The position numbers and the translations under genes are program-made. DNA of 64,000 bases, from positions 186,001 to 250,000 of the forward strand of contig JBEKTZ010000003.1 of NCBI GenBank assembly GCA_049515535.1. Reading direction: 5' to 3'. The notes under the pieces are model-generated. The model made no database searches. It saw only the letters and a program-made list of their open reading frames with translations, and had not been told where the DNA came from. Below are positions 1 to 10,779 of this stretch, piece after piece (positions within the stretch are counted from its first letter, which is position 1; every line of letters starts with the position of its first letter). Origin of the DNA: Candidatus Aminicenantales bacterium. Its GTDB lineage: Bacteria; Acidobacteriota; Aminicenantia; Aminicenantales; UBA4085.

Positions 1-33
1 GAAACCAATAACGTGCAGTCGCCACATACTACA

Positions 34-1719
34 TCATATAGGCCAAGCTTTAAGAGCCAACTTGGCGAGGTCAGCTTGCCTGCTACAAATGGCTTTCACG
101 TTCCACTCAGATAAAGAAGCGACCTGTGCCGTTAATACATATCCATGAGTTCGGAAGATCGGCTGTTTTGTTGACCAGGATGCGCTCTTCAAATCGGAAT
201 TGGGTTTATGTCCCAGCAGAACAAGGTTACCTATACGTTTGCTGTAAGTGTCGACTTCATCAGAAGTGAATTGAGGCCAATCTTTTTCCGGTTTCTTCGG
301 CAAAATGTGCTCCAAAGTAACTATTTCCTTGTCATCGTTAACAATGAACAAAGGATCGGGGTCCTTCTTAGCAACCTTTTCTAACGCCCGTAGATAATAC
401 CGCGCGAGGGGTCCGTCAGAGACCGTGGCAATCGCGAATGCTTGCCGAAATCTCTCATTAGTGGGGATAATATCATTCAGTTCCTTCTTTAACTCCAACG
501 TAGTTGTAATTTTGCCGATAAAAATCTTGTTTGCGGCCTTCGCCAACGTCTCTTCAATAGTACCACTTCGAGTACTCGAAGCAATCAGCAACCTGACACC
601 GAGTGAGATAAGCAGGCCAAACGCCTTAATCGTCTCTCGTGGCGAGAACTTGGCCGCAATTGAAAGCAACACCGGTCGAAAAGGATGGACGTTAAAGAAA
701 TTCAGCGTCGCAATCGCTGGTCGCACTGCGTCCGGATAGAGAGCCCATTTCTCGTGGTCGCGGTAGAACGTGGAGACGTAGGCGACAGATAGACTCTCGG
801 TCTTCTTAAGAAACCCAACAGCAGCCTGTGGCCCCTTCCCATTTCGCTGAACTGCATCGTAGACTTCGCCCTTCCTTAGGAATCCCTGAATGGCCATAAG
901 TTCGTGGCGTAGGAAAGCCACGGTGATATCCTCTTTCTCTTCTTCCTGAAGAGCTTCCAGAGCTCCGCGCATCAATGCCCATGAGCTTTCAGCTTCTTGC
1001 AACCGGTCACCGGCCTGACTAAAGAGGTAGTTCTTAACAAGATCGGCCTGCGTGGTTTTAAGTCCTCGATCGTTTAACGTCTCAAACATTCTATATGCGT
1101 TTCCGCCTGATGGAACCTGAAGGAGGATGACGTCGGCCCGAGACTCTATAAAGTTTATCCACTTGTTCAATTCGTCGCCGTGTGCCTTCTTATCAAATCC
1201 GGCTACGATCTTGTTGATGTAATGGGACGCTTCTTTGAAAGCTGCCGCGATCAGTTTGTGCGACTTGAGCGCAGTTGGCATGGGGGAACTCTGATCGTCG
1301 CAAAGCATTGCCCTGAAGAACTCGTTGTCGGAATGGTTCAACGTCAGCCGCGGGACAATAGCCCGAAGGTTTCGATCGGTATAAAACAGGAAAGACTTTA
1401 AGTCGTCTGCGATTAAGGTGTCCTTGTCTACAAGATAACGGCGGATCTGACAAAGCAGAATTGAAATCGTGGCGAGACGCTGCTGGCCATCTATGACTTC
1501 GAACTTTCCGGATGGGCCGGGGATTGTAACAATTGTGCCAAGAAAATACCCCGGCTCATTATCGGAAATGGCCTTTGCCAAGTCTTGGAGAAGCGTTGTA
1601 ACTTCTAGGTCCGTCCAAGAGTAGTCTCTCTGGTGCGATGGTACCTGGAGGGTAAAGTCCTTGAGGATTTTGCCGATTCCGATTTGATCGACTTTAATCT
1701 GTGATTTTTGATTACTCAT
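34..1719 (-). CDS. DUF262 + DUF1524 (HNH) protein, GmrSD/SspE-like modification-dependent restriction nuclease
   Basis: DUF262 motifs QRDYSW, IDGQQR and FETLNDRG; C-terminal HNH-type EHILP...GNLVLL...NS. Confidence 0.85.
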   Translation of the reverse strand: MSNQKSQIKVDQIGIGKILKDFTLQVPSHQRDYSWTDLEVTTLLQDLAKAISDNEPGYFLGTIVTIPGPSGKFEVIDGQQRLATISILLCQIRRYLVDKDTLIADDLKSFLFYTDRNLRAIVPRLTLNHSDNEFFRAMLCDDQSSPMPTALKSHKLIAAAFKEASHYINKIVAGFDKKAHGDELNKWINFIESRADVILLQVPSGGNAYRMFETLNDRGLKTTQADLVKNYLFSQAGDRLQEAESSWALMRGALEALQEEEKEDITVAFLRHELMAIQGFLRKGEVYDAVQRNGKGPQAAVGFLKKTESLSVAYVSTFYRDHEKWALYPDAVRPAIATLNFFNVHPFRPVLLSIAAKFSPRETIKAFGLLISLGVRLLIASSTRSGTIEETLAKAANKIFIGKITTTLELKKELNDIIPTNERFRQAFAIATVSDGPLARYYLRALEKVAKKDPDPLFIVNDDKEIVTLEHILPKKPEKDWPQFTSDEVDTYSKRIGNLVLLGHKPNSDLKSASWSTKQPIFRTHGYVLTAQVASLSEWNVKAICSRQADLAKLALKAWPI

Positions 1720-1933
1720 TTGGTCCTTTGGGTATTGAATAAAACTGTTCGTCTAATGGATGGAGGAGCCATCGTAGACTTTTTTCGATCGTTAGGCCAA
1801 TTGAGAGGAGGATTTTCATAAAATAGTTCCTTCTTCACTTCAATTCAGACATACTTAAATGTTGGCTTAATATCATATGCTCACTTAGTTTATTCAATAA
1901 TATATTTAGGAACACCTTATAAACCCATACGGA

Positions 1934-2983
1934 TCATTCATTAGGAAAACGATTTGTCGTTAATTTCTTCAAACGCGTTGAATCAACAAGTCTATTTAGC
2001 GTTTGGGGAGTAAATACTTTTCCTTTTGTTTCTCGAATGAGTCTACGCATATCCTCACGTCGCTGGGCAAAACCTCGACCTGAAAGGCAAGCAATAACTT
2101 CAAACCCGGATGCTTTTCCCTCTTGCTTTGTATTTGAAAGTGTTACAAGCCTGAGAATCCTCGTTACTTTGTCTCTGGCTGTCCCGTCATCTTCGCAAAC
2201 TTTCGCTTCAATGACAACCTGAGGGGCAAATTGATCGGGAATAACGAAATCGGGCGTTTGATCCAGAGCCGCAAGCCTCTCGGCTCTCTTGGTTTTTTGA
2301 AAACTGATGCCCGATTTAGATAGGACCTCTTCAATCGCTACTTCAAAACTGCCGCCAACGAGATCGCTGATAGAATCACGATGCCCCGCAAAAGGACGCC
2401 CCAAAAATCGCTCATAAAGAAGCATCGCATAGGGAATCCCAATCTGCGCAGCGGAACGCACGCTCGCGAGGCCGGCTTTCGTATCCGCCTTATCAAGTCG
2501 ATGGAGATAATCCGGGGGAACGGATGAGACGCCTTCGCCGATCAATTCGCAGGCCACTTTAATTAGTGCTCGAATTCTTTCCGCAGTGAGACCTCTGACC
2601 TTAAGAGGAATCTCGGGTTTCAGTCGAATATTCCGATCAAGAGAACGGACGGCCCCTTGTGGAATTTCTATTCCGGATCGTTGAGATGCAACATACGCCC
2701 ATTCCGGCGGCGAGAAGCCAAGAATCGTTCTTAATACGATAATCGTAATCGGTTTTTCTTTAGCAACTTTTTCAACTAGATCAGGATCGAGCTTCTTGAA
2801 TCCATCGGTCTCCCGTTTGATAGCTTCATAGCCTTGTTCAAAAATATCATATTCAACAAAACCATCCCCCTTGGGCATGACAAGAAATTCAGACTCGAGC
2901 GAAGAAAATATCGCATCAACAAAATCATCAAGATTCGCATCGATTTCGGAAATTGGAGCTTCAAAAGGAAATCTCATTTTCAC
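1934..2983 (-). CDS. Putative PD-(D/E)XK restriction endonuclease
   Basis: E...PDFVIP...VIEAK catalytic pattern; start overlaps the 3' end of the upstream methyltransferase. Confidence 0.7.
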   Translation of the reverse strand: MKMRFPFEAPISEIDANLDDFVDAIFSSLESEFLVMPKGDGFVEYDIFEQGYEAIKRETDGFKKLDPDLVEKVAKEKPITIIVLRTILGFSPPEWAYVASQRSGIEIPQGAVRSLDRNIRLKPEIPLKVRGLTAERIRALIKVACELIGEGVSSVPPDYLHRLDKADTKAGLASVRSAAQIGIPYAMLLYERFLGRPFAGHRDSISDLVGGSFEVAIEEVLSKSGISFQKTKRAERLAALDQTPDFVIPDQFAPQVVIEAKVCEDDGTARDKVTRILRLVTLSNTKQEGKASGFEVIACLSGRGFAQRREDMRRLIRETKGKVFTPQTLNRLVDSTRLKKLTTNRFPNE

Positions 2984-5171
2984 CTACCAAATATTTCGTT
3001 GTCTCATCGAAAATCAGCGGGGCATGGACAATAGGGGCCGTTAAGATCTCGGGACCGAGAGCTTTCATAATCAGATCAAGCCCGCTTGTTTCGTCAATTT
3101 TGCTTCTAACGATAGCCAGCTTTTCGCTTACTAAAAGATTGGAATCCCAACATGATCGTAGCCCCCAAATAGCAAGGCGGAGTAAATGGCCATAAATGAC
3201 GCACTTCATATCGCCTTGTGTGGGTTTAAGACCGGCCATACGAAGAGAAACCATATCATTCTTAACCAGCTCGCTAATGCCCTCCGGAGAATCAACGATC
3301 CAGCGTCTGGGAATACGTCCCGTGGAACGATTTACGAAGATGGTATCCACAATTGAAGATCCTGTGCCGCTGATATGAATTGACGCGCTCATTTCGGCCG
3401 GACAGGGCAGAGTGGCCGAACACACAAGCCCAGCATCGAGAATCGCGACGGCTAAAGGAAAGTAAGCGTCTACTCGATTATGGTGATAGGTAAAAGCAAA
3501 AGGCGCCCCCGGCTTTAACGCTTGGGCCATTTTAATGAATACTTTAGAAAGTCCCGAAGTGAAATGTTCAAGGCCCCTAGCTAGTGTTTCGTTTCCGGTC
3601 AACTCGTTGATGTTGCGAGTCGATTTCGCAGAAAAAGCGGGTTGATCGGTTTTCGCGATACGGCGTAGCCAAACATAACAAAAATCCATTAGCTCGGCGT
3701 ATTGGACGTTACCAAAATAAGGAGGATCCGTCAGGACCGCATCCAAAATGGCTTTTGGGAGATCGGCCTCGGTCGACGATGCCGCCTGAAGCACGACCAA
3801 GCGGTCATCCGGGGAGGAATCCCCGTTTCGCTTATCTCCGATCCATTCATCAGGAATGACGATCTGGATTTTTCCACGTCCATTTTGGTCAATTTCGAAA
3901 GGTCGATCGCAATACGCCTTGGCTCGAGAATATTTTTCTATAATGTTCGACCAGCCCCCGCTGCCGATATTCGTTCCATCGTTTTTCGGAATTCCAAGAA
4001 AATTCGACTCACAGGCGATGAGTCCGACTGGGAATCCATGCACGGAAAAGATATCGAGTGATTTTAAAGCCATTGTATCATAGCGGCAAAGCATATTCTG
4101 ATAGCGCAATAGGTCCGACAGATTCGTCGCCAAAGCGTTTCGAATTCTCGCGTCAGAGATGCCGACGATAAAGCGACTGCTCAATTCTAGGCCAAGGAGT
4201 TGGCGATAATTGAACATTTCCAGATATCGCTTATAACCCCAGCGATGAAGACGGTCCGTCTCATCGCCTTTGGGGATTGCTTCATCCGGCACAAATTGCG
4301 GATTCAATTTCTGCCTTTTTGTTTCCGCTAACTTAGTTCTTTCATGATCTTTTTCATCAGGCTTTTTAAAGAACCGACCCCTATGATGAGGGTAGCAAGC
4401 TCGACAATGGTATTCGATAGCAAACAGACGATGATCCGGGGGACCGGATGAAGGATTTGGGTATATATTCTTAAATCCGCAATTCGGGCAAAGGCAAGAT
4501 TTTTTTGCGGCTGGCCCTGCACCGCGAAGTTCGTTTCCGCAATAATGACAATTGCCGGGATCAGCTCGCGATTCTGCTTCAACGAGTTCGCCGCAGCTTC
4601 TGCATACAAATACATTATTTGGATGACGGCGATTTTCTGCGATTAGATAGCCCGGAAATAAATCGATTGAAGTCGCACATTGTCTGCACGGCAACGTCTT
4701 AACCCATAAAAAATACTTGACGAGAGCATCTTCAGATCCGCAAAACGAACAAGTCGTTTTATATAAGAATCCTATTTCGTGTTCTAGTTCTTCAATCAGT
4801 AGTTGCGCTGTTTTGCGGTATTTCGCCAAGTCGAGATGTTCAATTTCCTCTCGGACAATCCACCAAGACATCGGATTGATATCCCATCCGTATGTATCGC
4901 ATCCTACGCGATTCGCTTCGATAAGCGGAGTTCCTCCGCCCATAAATGGATCGCAAACGGTTTTACCCTTAAAGTTATTAGTTCGGTAAAACAACTCGCG
5001 GATGGGGGATGTTCCGAATTCCGAAAGAAGGAGCCCTCTAAACAATGTTCCCGGCCGACGGGCAAACCATTTATGGATAGCAATAATCGGTCTATAGTTC
5101 TGTTGGATTTGTTTTTCGCGCAAAGCCAATCCGGCGATGAAAGGAACATCAAAATCCTTTTCGATGGTCAA
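2961..5171 (-). CDS. Adenine-specific DNA methyltransferase with Zn-ribbon insert (DUF1156/COG1743-like)
   Basis: HKWFARRP, motif I DPFMGGG, motif IV TDPPY, multiple CxxC pairs. Start moved to TTG 5171 (SD AGAGGGA upstream) from the ORF-track 5360. Confidence 0.85.
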   Translation of the reverse strand: MTIEKDFDVPFIAGLALREKQIQQNYRPIIAIHKWFARRPGTLFRGLLLSEFGTSPIRELFYRTNNFKGKTVCDPFMGGGTPLIEANRVGCDTYGWDINPMSWWIVREEIEHLDLAKYRKTAQLLIEELEHEIGFLYKTTCSFCGSEDALVKYFLWVKTLPCRQCATSIDLFPGYLIAENRRHPNNVFVCRSCGELVEAESRADPGNCHYCGNELRGAGPAAKKSCLCPNCGFKNIYPNPSSGPPDHRLFAIEYHCRACYPHHRGRFFKKPDEKDHERTKLAETKRQKLNPQFVPDEAIPKGDETDRLHRWGYKRYLEMFNYRQLLGLELSSRFIVGISDARIRNALATNLSDLLRYQNMLCRYDTMALKSLDIFSVHGFPVGLIACESNFLGIPKNDGTNIGSGGWSNIIEKYSRAKAYCDRPFEIDQNGRGKIQIVIPDEWIGDKRNGDSSPDDRLVVLQAASSTEADLPKAILDAVLTDPPYFGNVQYAELMDFCYVWLRRIAKTDQPAFSAKSTRNINELTGNETLARGLEHFTSGLSKVFIKMAQALKPGAPFAFTYHHNRVDAYFPLAVAILDAGLVCSATLPCPAEMSASIHISGTGSSIVDTIFVNRSTGRIPRRWIVDSPEGISELVKNDMVSLRMAGLKPTQGDMKCVIYGHLLRLAIWGLRSCWDSNLLVSEKLAIVRSKIDETSGLDLIMKALGPEILTAPIVHAPLIFDETTKYLVGENEISF

Positions 5172-5503
5172 GTAATTATCCCTCTTTGAACGATAGGATT
5201 TTCCTTTTTGTGCGACATCGAAGACGGCCCTCCGGACGCTGAATTCCTTCTCTTCACCACGCCGAAAGTATATCGTCGGCCGCTCGGCGTTGTCAATCTC
5301 CCGCGAAACCGCGAAAATCGATGCCCGAAGAGCGTGTCGCGACGAGAAACCCCGCCGCACCGGCTAAAAGACGATAGGCTTCCGCTCCTCGTGATCACGA
5401 ATAATCAAAAATAGTCCACGCTCTCCTCGGCCGCCATTAAGACGACCTGCTCGATGACGCACGACGGCGGCGGCTTCTCCGCGACAAAGACAAGCTTGAG
5501 GTG

Positions 5504-5566
5504 GTTAAGGGACGAGCCTTCGCGGCGGAAGTGGACCCCCGGGTAAAGCCCGGGGCCCCGGCCGCC
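5504..5566 (-). repeat. Dispersed palindromic element, short form (63 bp), copy A
   Basis: Near-identical to 17413-17475 and 35927-35989; GC hairpin cccggg-cttta-cccggg. Confidence 0.95.
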
Positions 5567-5579
5567 GTCGAGCGGCGAT

Positions 5580-6713
5580 TCAGCCGGCCAAAGCGAATCT
5601 CGCGATCAAACCGCCTTTCCCGACCGCCCATCCGGCTTTTCCCGACTTGGAAAAACTGACGCTGTGGAAACCGGCCGGCCCCGCGATCGGATTCCACGTT
5701 CTTCCCATATCCAGGGAATAATCCGATCCCGAAGGGCCGACCGCGACGGCGAGCGGGGGCGTGGTTTTGGGGACGAACGCGACGCATTCCCGGAAGCCCG
5801 CCGGCGGCTTGGACGAGGTCAATTCCCATGTTCGGCCGCCGTCGGTCGAGAGGGCCGCGTTTTTCTCCCGCGCCGCTTCATCTTTATAATCGCCCCCGGC
5901 GATGATGCCGTTTTTTCGATCGAGAAAAGCGACGGAAAACGCCCCGAACGACGCTTGGCCGCTGAGCAGGGGAGACGGAGCAGCCTGCCAGGTTTTTCCT
6001 TTATCCGCGGAATGCATGACGCGCGCGACCGGGCCTCCGGTGCAAAACCAGGCCTCGCTCGGACGCATGACGAACAGACATGTGCCGCCGGCGGCGAACG
6101 CCCCTTCTCCTTGCCGCGCCTCGGGACGGTTTTCAAAGGGAACCGGCTCCCACGTCGTTCCGCCGTTGGCGGTATAAATGAGAAAGAACCGTCCGTCCAT
6201 CGGATCGCCGACGGCCAGCCCGTTCTTCTCGTCGAAAAAGGCGATGGCGTCGAGAAAGATCCCCGGGGCGTCGTTGTGATAGCGCTCCGTCCATGTCGTT
6301 CCGCCGTCCGTCGTCTTGAAGATTTTCGCCGGACGACCCACGCCCATGACGCAGGCCGTCTCCGCGCTGAAGGCCTCGACGTCGCGGAAGTCCGTCGTTT
6401 CCGCGCCGGGAACCGCGCGGCTCGTCCACGTCTCGCCGCCGTCCGTCGTCCGCAGGATCGTTCCCTTGCCGCCGCCGGCCCAAGCGGTTTTATCGTCGAC
6501 CGCGGAAACGCCCCGCAGGCTCGCTTCCGTTCCGCTCCTTTGGACCCGCCAGGAGATCGGCGCGCGCTGATCGGCCGCTCTTTGGCCTAAGAAAGAATAG
6601 CCGGGCCAGGAGATGCCGATGAGGCAGGCAATACCCGCCATCATCGGGAGGCCGGAGCGAAGCCGTCGGGCCAGGGCTTGAGTCACCGAAACGTTCATGG
6701 CGCAGTTTTTCAT
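5580..6713 (-). CDS. Secreted YCF48/BNR (Asp-box) beta-propeller protein
   Basis: Repeated TxDGGxTW Asp-boxes; N-terminal hydrophobic segment; start codon uncertain. Confidence 0.8.
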   Translation of the reverse strand: MKNCAMNVSVTQALARRLRSGLPMMAGIACLIGISWPGYSFLGQRAADQRAPISWRVQRSGTEASLRGVSAVDDKTAWAGGGKGTILRTTDGGETWTSRAVPGAETTDFRDVEAFSAETACVMGVGRPAKIFKTTDGGTTWTERYHNDAPGIFLDAIAFFDEKNGLAVGDPMDGRFFLIYTANGGTTWEPVPFENRPEARQGEGAFAAGGTCLFVMRPSEAWFCTGGPVARVMHSADKGKTWQAAPSPLLSGQASFGAFSVAFLDRKNGIIAGGDYKDEAAREKNAALSTDGGRTWELTSSKPPAGFRECVAFVPKTTPPLAVAVGPSGSDYSLDMGRTWNPIAGPAGFHSVSFSKSGKAGWAVGKGGLIARFALAG

Positions 6714-6826
6714 GGTGGGAATTGTACATGACTCCGCGCCGGAGCGAAAGCCGGCGTCGATGGCCTCTCCACAGACTCGCGAATTTGTGTTAAATTTAGG
6801 AAACGACAGGTCATGGGTAAGGAGAG

Positions 6827-9772
6827 ATGCGCATGAAGAAATCGAACGCCGGGATCGCCGTTTGTCTTTTAGGGATTTTTATCGGGCCGTGTTTCGGGGC
6901 CGTCAGTCAGGCCGCGCCGGCCGACAAGCTGAAATTCGAGGTCCGGCCGACGATCTTCTTCATCGAAGAAAAAGGGGCGCTCAAGCAGAAGCTGGATATC
7001 GCCGTCGACAACCCCGGCCCCGCGATATCCGCCCAATTGGAGATCAAGCTTCCCAAAAAAACGCTGACGTTTACGCTCGAGAAGATCGCGGCGGGCAAAT
7101 CCGTCATCCTCGTCTTCATTCCGGAAGTCCAGCAGGCGTCGAAAACCGGCTTCGTCCTGAAAGCCGGGAAGACCACCCTTAAGGCCGATGTCGCGCTTTC
7201 ACCCCAACGGAAATGGACCCTTTATCTCCTGCCCCATTCCCACAACGACATCGGCTACACGGATCTCCAGACGCGCGTGACGAAAAACCACCTCGAGTAC
7301 CTCGACGCGGTCATCGATTTCTGCCGCGCCACGAACGATTATCCCGACGAGGCCAAGTTCCGCTGGAATATCGAAGTTTCCTGGGCCCTTCAGGCTTACC
7401 TCAAAAATAGGCCCCCCGACAAGGTCGCGGAGCTCGTGGCCCTTCTCAAGTCCGGGCGCGTCGAGCTTTCGGGCTGGTATGTCAATCAATCGGACCTTTT
7501 CTCTCACGAGGAGCTCATCCGCGCGGCGCTCGTCGCCAAAACGCTCAGCCGGACCTACGGCTTTCCTTTGCAGTGCGCGATGAACAACGACGTCACGGGC
7601 TTCAGCTGGGCGGCGCCTCAAGTCCTCAGCCAGATCGGCGTCCGGTATTTCACGACCGGCATCAACGAGACGCGCTCGCGGGCGCCGCTCCGCCGCCCCA
7701 ACCCGTTCTATTGGCAGGCGCAGGACGGGAGCAAGATCCTCCACTGGAACGGCGAGCATTACCTGTTCGCCAACTACGACCTGCTTCTCCACGAAAGCAT
7801 TGACAAGAGCCAGCCCCAGGTCGCGGACTATTTGACCAAGCTGCAGAAGCGCGGCGATTTTCCCTATGACCTGATCGCCTTTCACATCAGCGGCTACGTC
7901 ACCGACAACTGCCCGCCGAAGAAAGAGCTGGCCGATCGCGTCCGCGAATGGAACGGCCATTGGGCTTACCCGAAGCTGCGGCTGGCGACCATGAGCGAAT
8001 TCTTCGGCGCGTTCGAAAAGAAATACGCGAAGGCCGTCCCGACCTACAAGCTCGGCTGGCCGGACTACTGGACGGACGGCGTCGCGTCCACGGCTTTCGA
8101 GACGGGACTGGACCGGCTCGCCCACAACGAGCTCCTTTCCGCGGAGAAGATGGCCGTCGCGGCCAGGCTCGCCGACAAAAATTACGCGTTTCCGGCCCGG
8201 GAGATCGACGAGGCGTATTTTCAGACGATGTTCTACGACGAACACACCTGGGGAGGCTGGAATTCGATCGACGACCCCGAATCCGAGTTTGCCCGCGGGC
8301 AGTGGGCCCTCAAATCGGCCTTCGCCTATAACGCCCGCGAGATCGCCCGGACCACTCTCGACCGCGGCTTGCAGGCGCTCGCGAAAAATATCTCGACGCC
8401 GGAGACCTATGCCCTCGCGGTTTTCAACCCGTTGTCCTGGGAACGGACGGACATCGTGAAGGCCGTCCTGCCCCAGGCCGTTCAGGAAAAGAAGGGCGCG
8501 TTCAAGCTCATCGACAAAAGAAAAGGCCTGGAGACCGCGTTTCAGATTGTGGATAAAAGCCAGATCATGTTCCTCGCGGAAGCCGTCCCCTCGATCGGAT
8601 ATGCCGTCTATGCGATCGTTCCGGACGCGGCCCCGACGCCGGTCGCGCCCAAAACGGAGAGAGCCGGGAACGTGATCGAAAACCGTTTTTACAAAGTCAC
8701 CGCGGACCCGGTCACGGGAGGCCTTTCGAGCGTCGTCGATAAGGAAACCGGCCGGGAGCTCGTCGATGCCAAAGCGCGGCAGATGCTGAATCAATACGTA
8801 TATGAAAATCCCGAGGGAGGCCGCAAAGCGGTGGACAACATGGACCGGCGCGCCCAATTCACCCGCGTCAGCCCGGTGACGGCGGCGCCCGCGGCCGGGA
8901 TGACCGGTCCCGTGGCCTCGAGCCTCATCCTCCGGTCGAAGGCGAAACCCTGCCCGGAGATCCAGCAGGAGGTCGTCCTTTACGAGAACGTCAAGCGCAT
9001 CGATATCGTCAACCGGCTCAAGAAGGACGAAACCTACGAGCCCGAGGCCCTCTATTTCGCTTTTCCCTTCCATGTGGAAGGGGGAAAATTCCGGTTCGAG
9101 ATCGCGGACGGCACGATGAGCCCGGAAACGGAACAGCTTCCGGGAACGACAAGGGACTGGCAGGCGATCCAGCATTGGGTCGAGATCGCCGGCCCGAAGC
9201 AGAGCGTCGTCTGGTCGCCCATCGAGGCGCCGCTCGTGGAGTTCGGCGACATCAACACCGGGAAATGGCTGAAGAAGCTCGACCTCACGAACACCTCGCT
9301 CTATTCCTACGCGATGAACAATTACTGGATGACGAATTTCAAGGCCGGCCAGGGCGGCGCGTTCGTCTTCCGTTACGCGATCACGAGCCGGAGCGGCGGG
9401 GCCGACCTTCTCCAGTCGTCGCGGTTCGGCTGGGAAGTCCATACGCCGTTCGCGGCCGCCTGGCTGCCCGAAAAAAACAAGGGCTCGCTGCCCGAGCCGG
9501 CCGCGAGCTTTTTCAGCGTGGACAAGCCCAACGTCATCATCCAGGCCGTCAAACAGGCCGAGGACGGCGACGGGATCGTGGTCAGGCTTAGGGAGATCGC
9601 GGGGATTGAAGCGCAGGTGAAGATCGCGAGCCCGCTTTTTAAATCTGACACGGTCACCTACACGGCCACGGATATCGGCGAGGGGCCGGCGAACGCCAAT
9701 ACCGTCATTCCCCGGTCCATTTATGTGACGGTCAAGCCGTTCGCCATCCAGACGGTCAGGATCAAGGAATAA
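6827..9772 (+). CDS. Glycoside hydrolase family 38 (alpha-mannosidase-like), secreted
   Basis: HSHNDIGY Zn motif, NNDVTG nucleophile region, DEHTWG, C-terminal VKQAEDGDGIVVRLRE; signal peptide. Confidence 0.85.
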   Translation: MRMKKSNAGIAVCLLGIFIGPCFGAVSQAAPADKLKFEVRPTIFFIEEKGALKQKLDIAVDNPGPAISAQLEIKLPKKTLTFTLEKIAAGKSVILVFIPEVQQASKTGFVLKAGKTTLKADVALSPQRKWTLYLLPHSHNDIGYTDLQTRVTKNHLEYLDAVIDFCRATNDYPDEAKFRWNIEVSWALQAYLKNRPPDKVAELVALLKSGRVELSGWYVNQSDLFSHEELIRAALVAKTLSRTYGFPLQCAMNNDVTGFSWAAPQVLSQIGVRYFTTGINETRSRAPLRRPNPFYWQAQDGSKILHWNGEHYLFANYDLLLHESIDKSQPQVADYLTKLQKRGDFPYDLIAFHISGYVTDNCPPKKELADRVREWNGHWAYPKLRLATMSEFFGAFEKKYAKAVPTYKLGWPDYWTDGVASTAFETGLDRLAHNELLSAEKMAVAARLADKNYAFPAREIDEAYFQTMFYDEHTWGGWNSIDDPESEFARGQWALKSAFAYNAREIARTTLDRGLQALAKNISTPETYALAVFNPLSWERTDIVKAVLPQAVQEKKGAFKLIDKRKGLETAFQIVDKSQIMFLAEAVPSIGYAVYAIVPDAAPTPVAPKTERAGNVIENRFYKVTADPVTGGLSSVVDKETGRELVDAKARQMLNQYVYENPEGGRKAVDNMDRRAQFTRVSPVTAAPAAGMTGPVASSLILRSKAKPCPEIQQEVVLYENVKRIDIVNRLKKDETYEPEALYFAFPFHVEGGKFRFEIADGTMSPETEQLPGTTRDWQAIQHWVEIAGPKQSVVWSPIEAPLVEFGDINTGKWLKKLDLTNTSLYSYAMNNYWMTNFKAGQGGAFVFRYAITSRSGGADLLQSSRFGWEVHTPFAAAWLPEKNKGSLPEPAASFFSVDKPNVIIQAVKQAEDGDGIVVRLREIAGIEAQVKIASPLFKSDTVTYTATDIGEGPANANTVIPRSIYVTVKPFAIQTVRIKE

Positions 9773-9819
9773 AAAAAATCCCCCCGTCCTCCCTTATCAA
9801 GAGGAAGGCGCGGGGGGAT
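9771..9819. terminator. Hairpin between convergent genes, probable intrinsic terminator (U-tract on minus strand)
   Basis: atccccccg...cggggggat with adjacent A8. Confidence 0.55.
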
Positions 9820-9836
9820 GTGACGTTCGGTCGACC

Positions 9837-10769
9837 TTACTTCCCTTTTCTGAGATAAATGTCCCCGTTCATGTTCTTGAACTGGAACTCGGGCCCGCCG
9901 CCGTTGATCGCGCCGAGCACCGTTCGATCGAAACTGATCCTGAATTTTCCGCCTTCTTTGGTCTTATTTTGCTCGACTTTTTGAGGGGCCTGTTTCAAGG
10001 TGATGTCGAAATCGCTGAAAACCTCTCCCATGTCCGATTTGATCTTCAGGTTCGCCTTGATGTCGGCCGGGAACGTGACGTCGATGTCGCCGTTCAATGT
10101 ATTGAACGACATCGGCTTGTCCGGGGTCACCTTGGCCATGGTCACCGTCACGTCGCCGTTGAGCGCGGAGACCACCACGGTCCCGGAAACGTCTTTCAGG
10201 GTCACGTCGCCGTTGAGGCATTCCACTTCGATCTCGCCGTTCACGCCGCCGACCCAGATATCGCCGTTGTTGTTGGAATTAAGCTTGAGCGAAGAGGCGA
10301 ACGGGACCTTGATGTTCAGGTCCACCGTTTTTCTGAAGGATTCGACCTGGATGTCCACCTTGTTGTTGTCCTCTTCCACGGACAGGCCGGAGTTGTCGAT
10401 GGGGATTTGCTTCATTCCCGTGGTCTTGTCCTTCTTGTCCTTCTCCTTGTCTTTATCCTTGTCCGGCCCGAGCCAGGCGATTTTAGGAGCGGTAGGCCTT
10501 GCAGGACGGGGTATCCTTAGGTCGCCTTCTTTTTCTTCTCTTTCTTCTCCGATCTGTTTCTCCCGGGCCTTGGCTTCGATCTGGATGTCCTTGCCCTCGT
10601 AGCCCGTGATTTTGATCCCGCCCATAATGACGTGGACGTTGACGATCGCCGGCTTGGCCGGATTGCTCAAGGGGACGACGATCTGGTCCGGTTTCGCGTC
10701 CTGGGCGGCGGCGAAAACGGCCGCGGCCATCAGGATCGCCATTCCGAGGTAAAGGTGTTTGTTGTTCAT
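9837..10769 (-). CDS. DUF4097 (adhesin-like beta-helix) protein
   Basis: Repeated NGDI/NGDV turns; signal peptide. Confidence 0.8.
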   Translation of the reverse strand: MNNKHLYLGMAILMAAAVFAAAQDAKPDQIVVPLSNPAKPAIVNVHVIMGGIKITGYEGKDIQIEAKAREKQIGEEREEKEGDLRIPRPARPTAPKIAWLGPDKDKDKEKDKKDKTTGMKQIPIDNSGLSVEEDNNKVDIQVESFRKTVDLNIKVPFASSLKLNSNNNGDIWVGGVNGEIEVECLNGDVTLKDVSGTVVVSALNGDVTVTMAKVTPDKPMSFNTLNGDIDVTFPADIKANLKIKSDMGEVFSDFDITLKQAPQKVEQNKTKEGGKFRISFDRTVLGAINGGGPEFQFKNMNGDIYLRKGK

Positions 10770-10779
10770 GGTTTTCTCC

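Noticed and set aside
5172..5360. N-terminal extension of the methyltransferase
   Set aside because: Crosses the GC boundary; a better SD precedes TTG 5171.
7199..9442. 747-aa antisense ORF (likewise 20551-22623, 28936-31083, 37130-38302, 47885-49705, 55999-57621)
   Set aside because: Shadow frames of high-GC genes with clear family motifs on the opposite strand; no motifs of their own.
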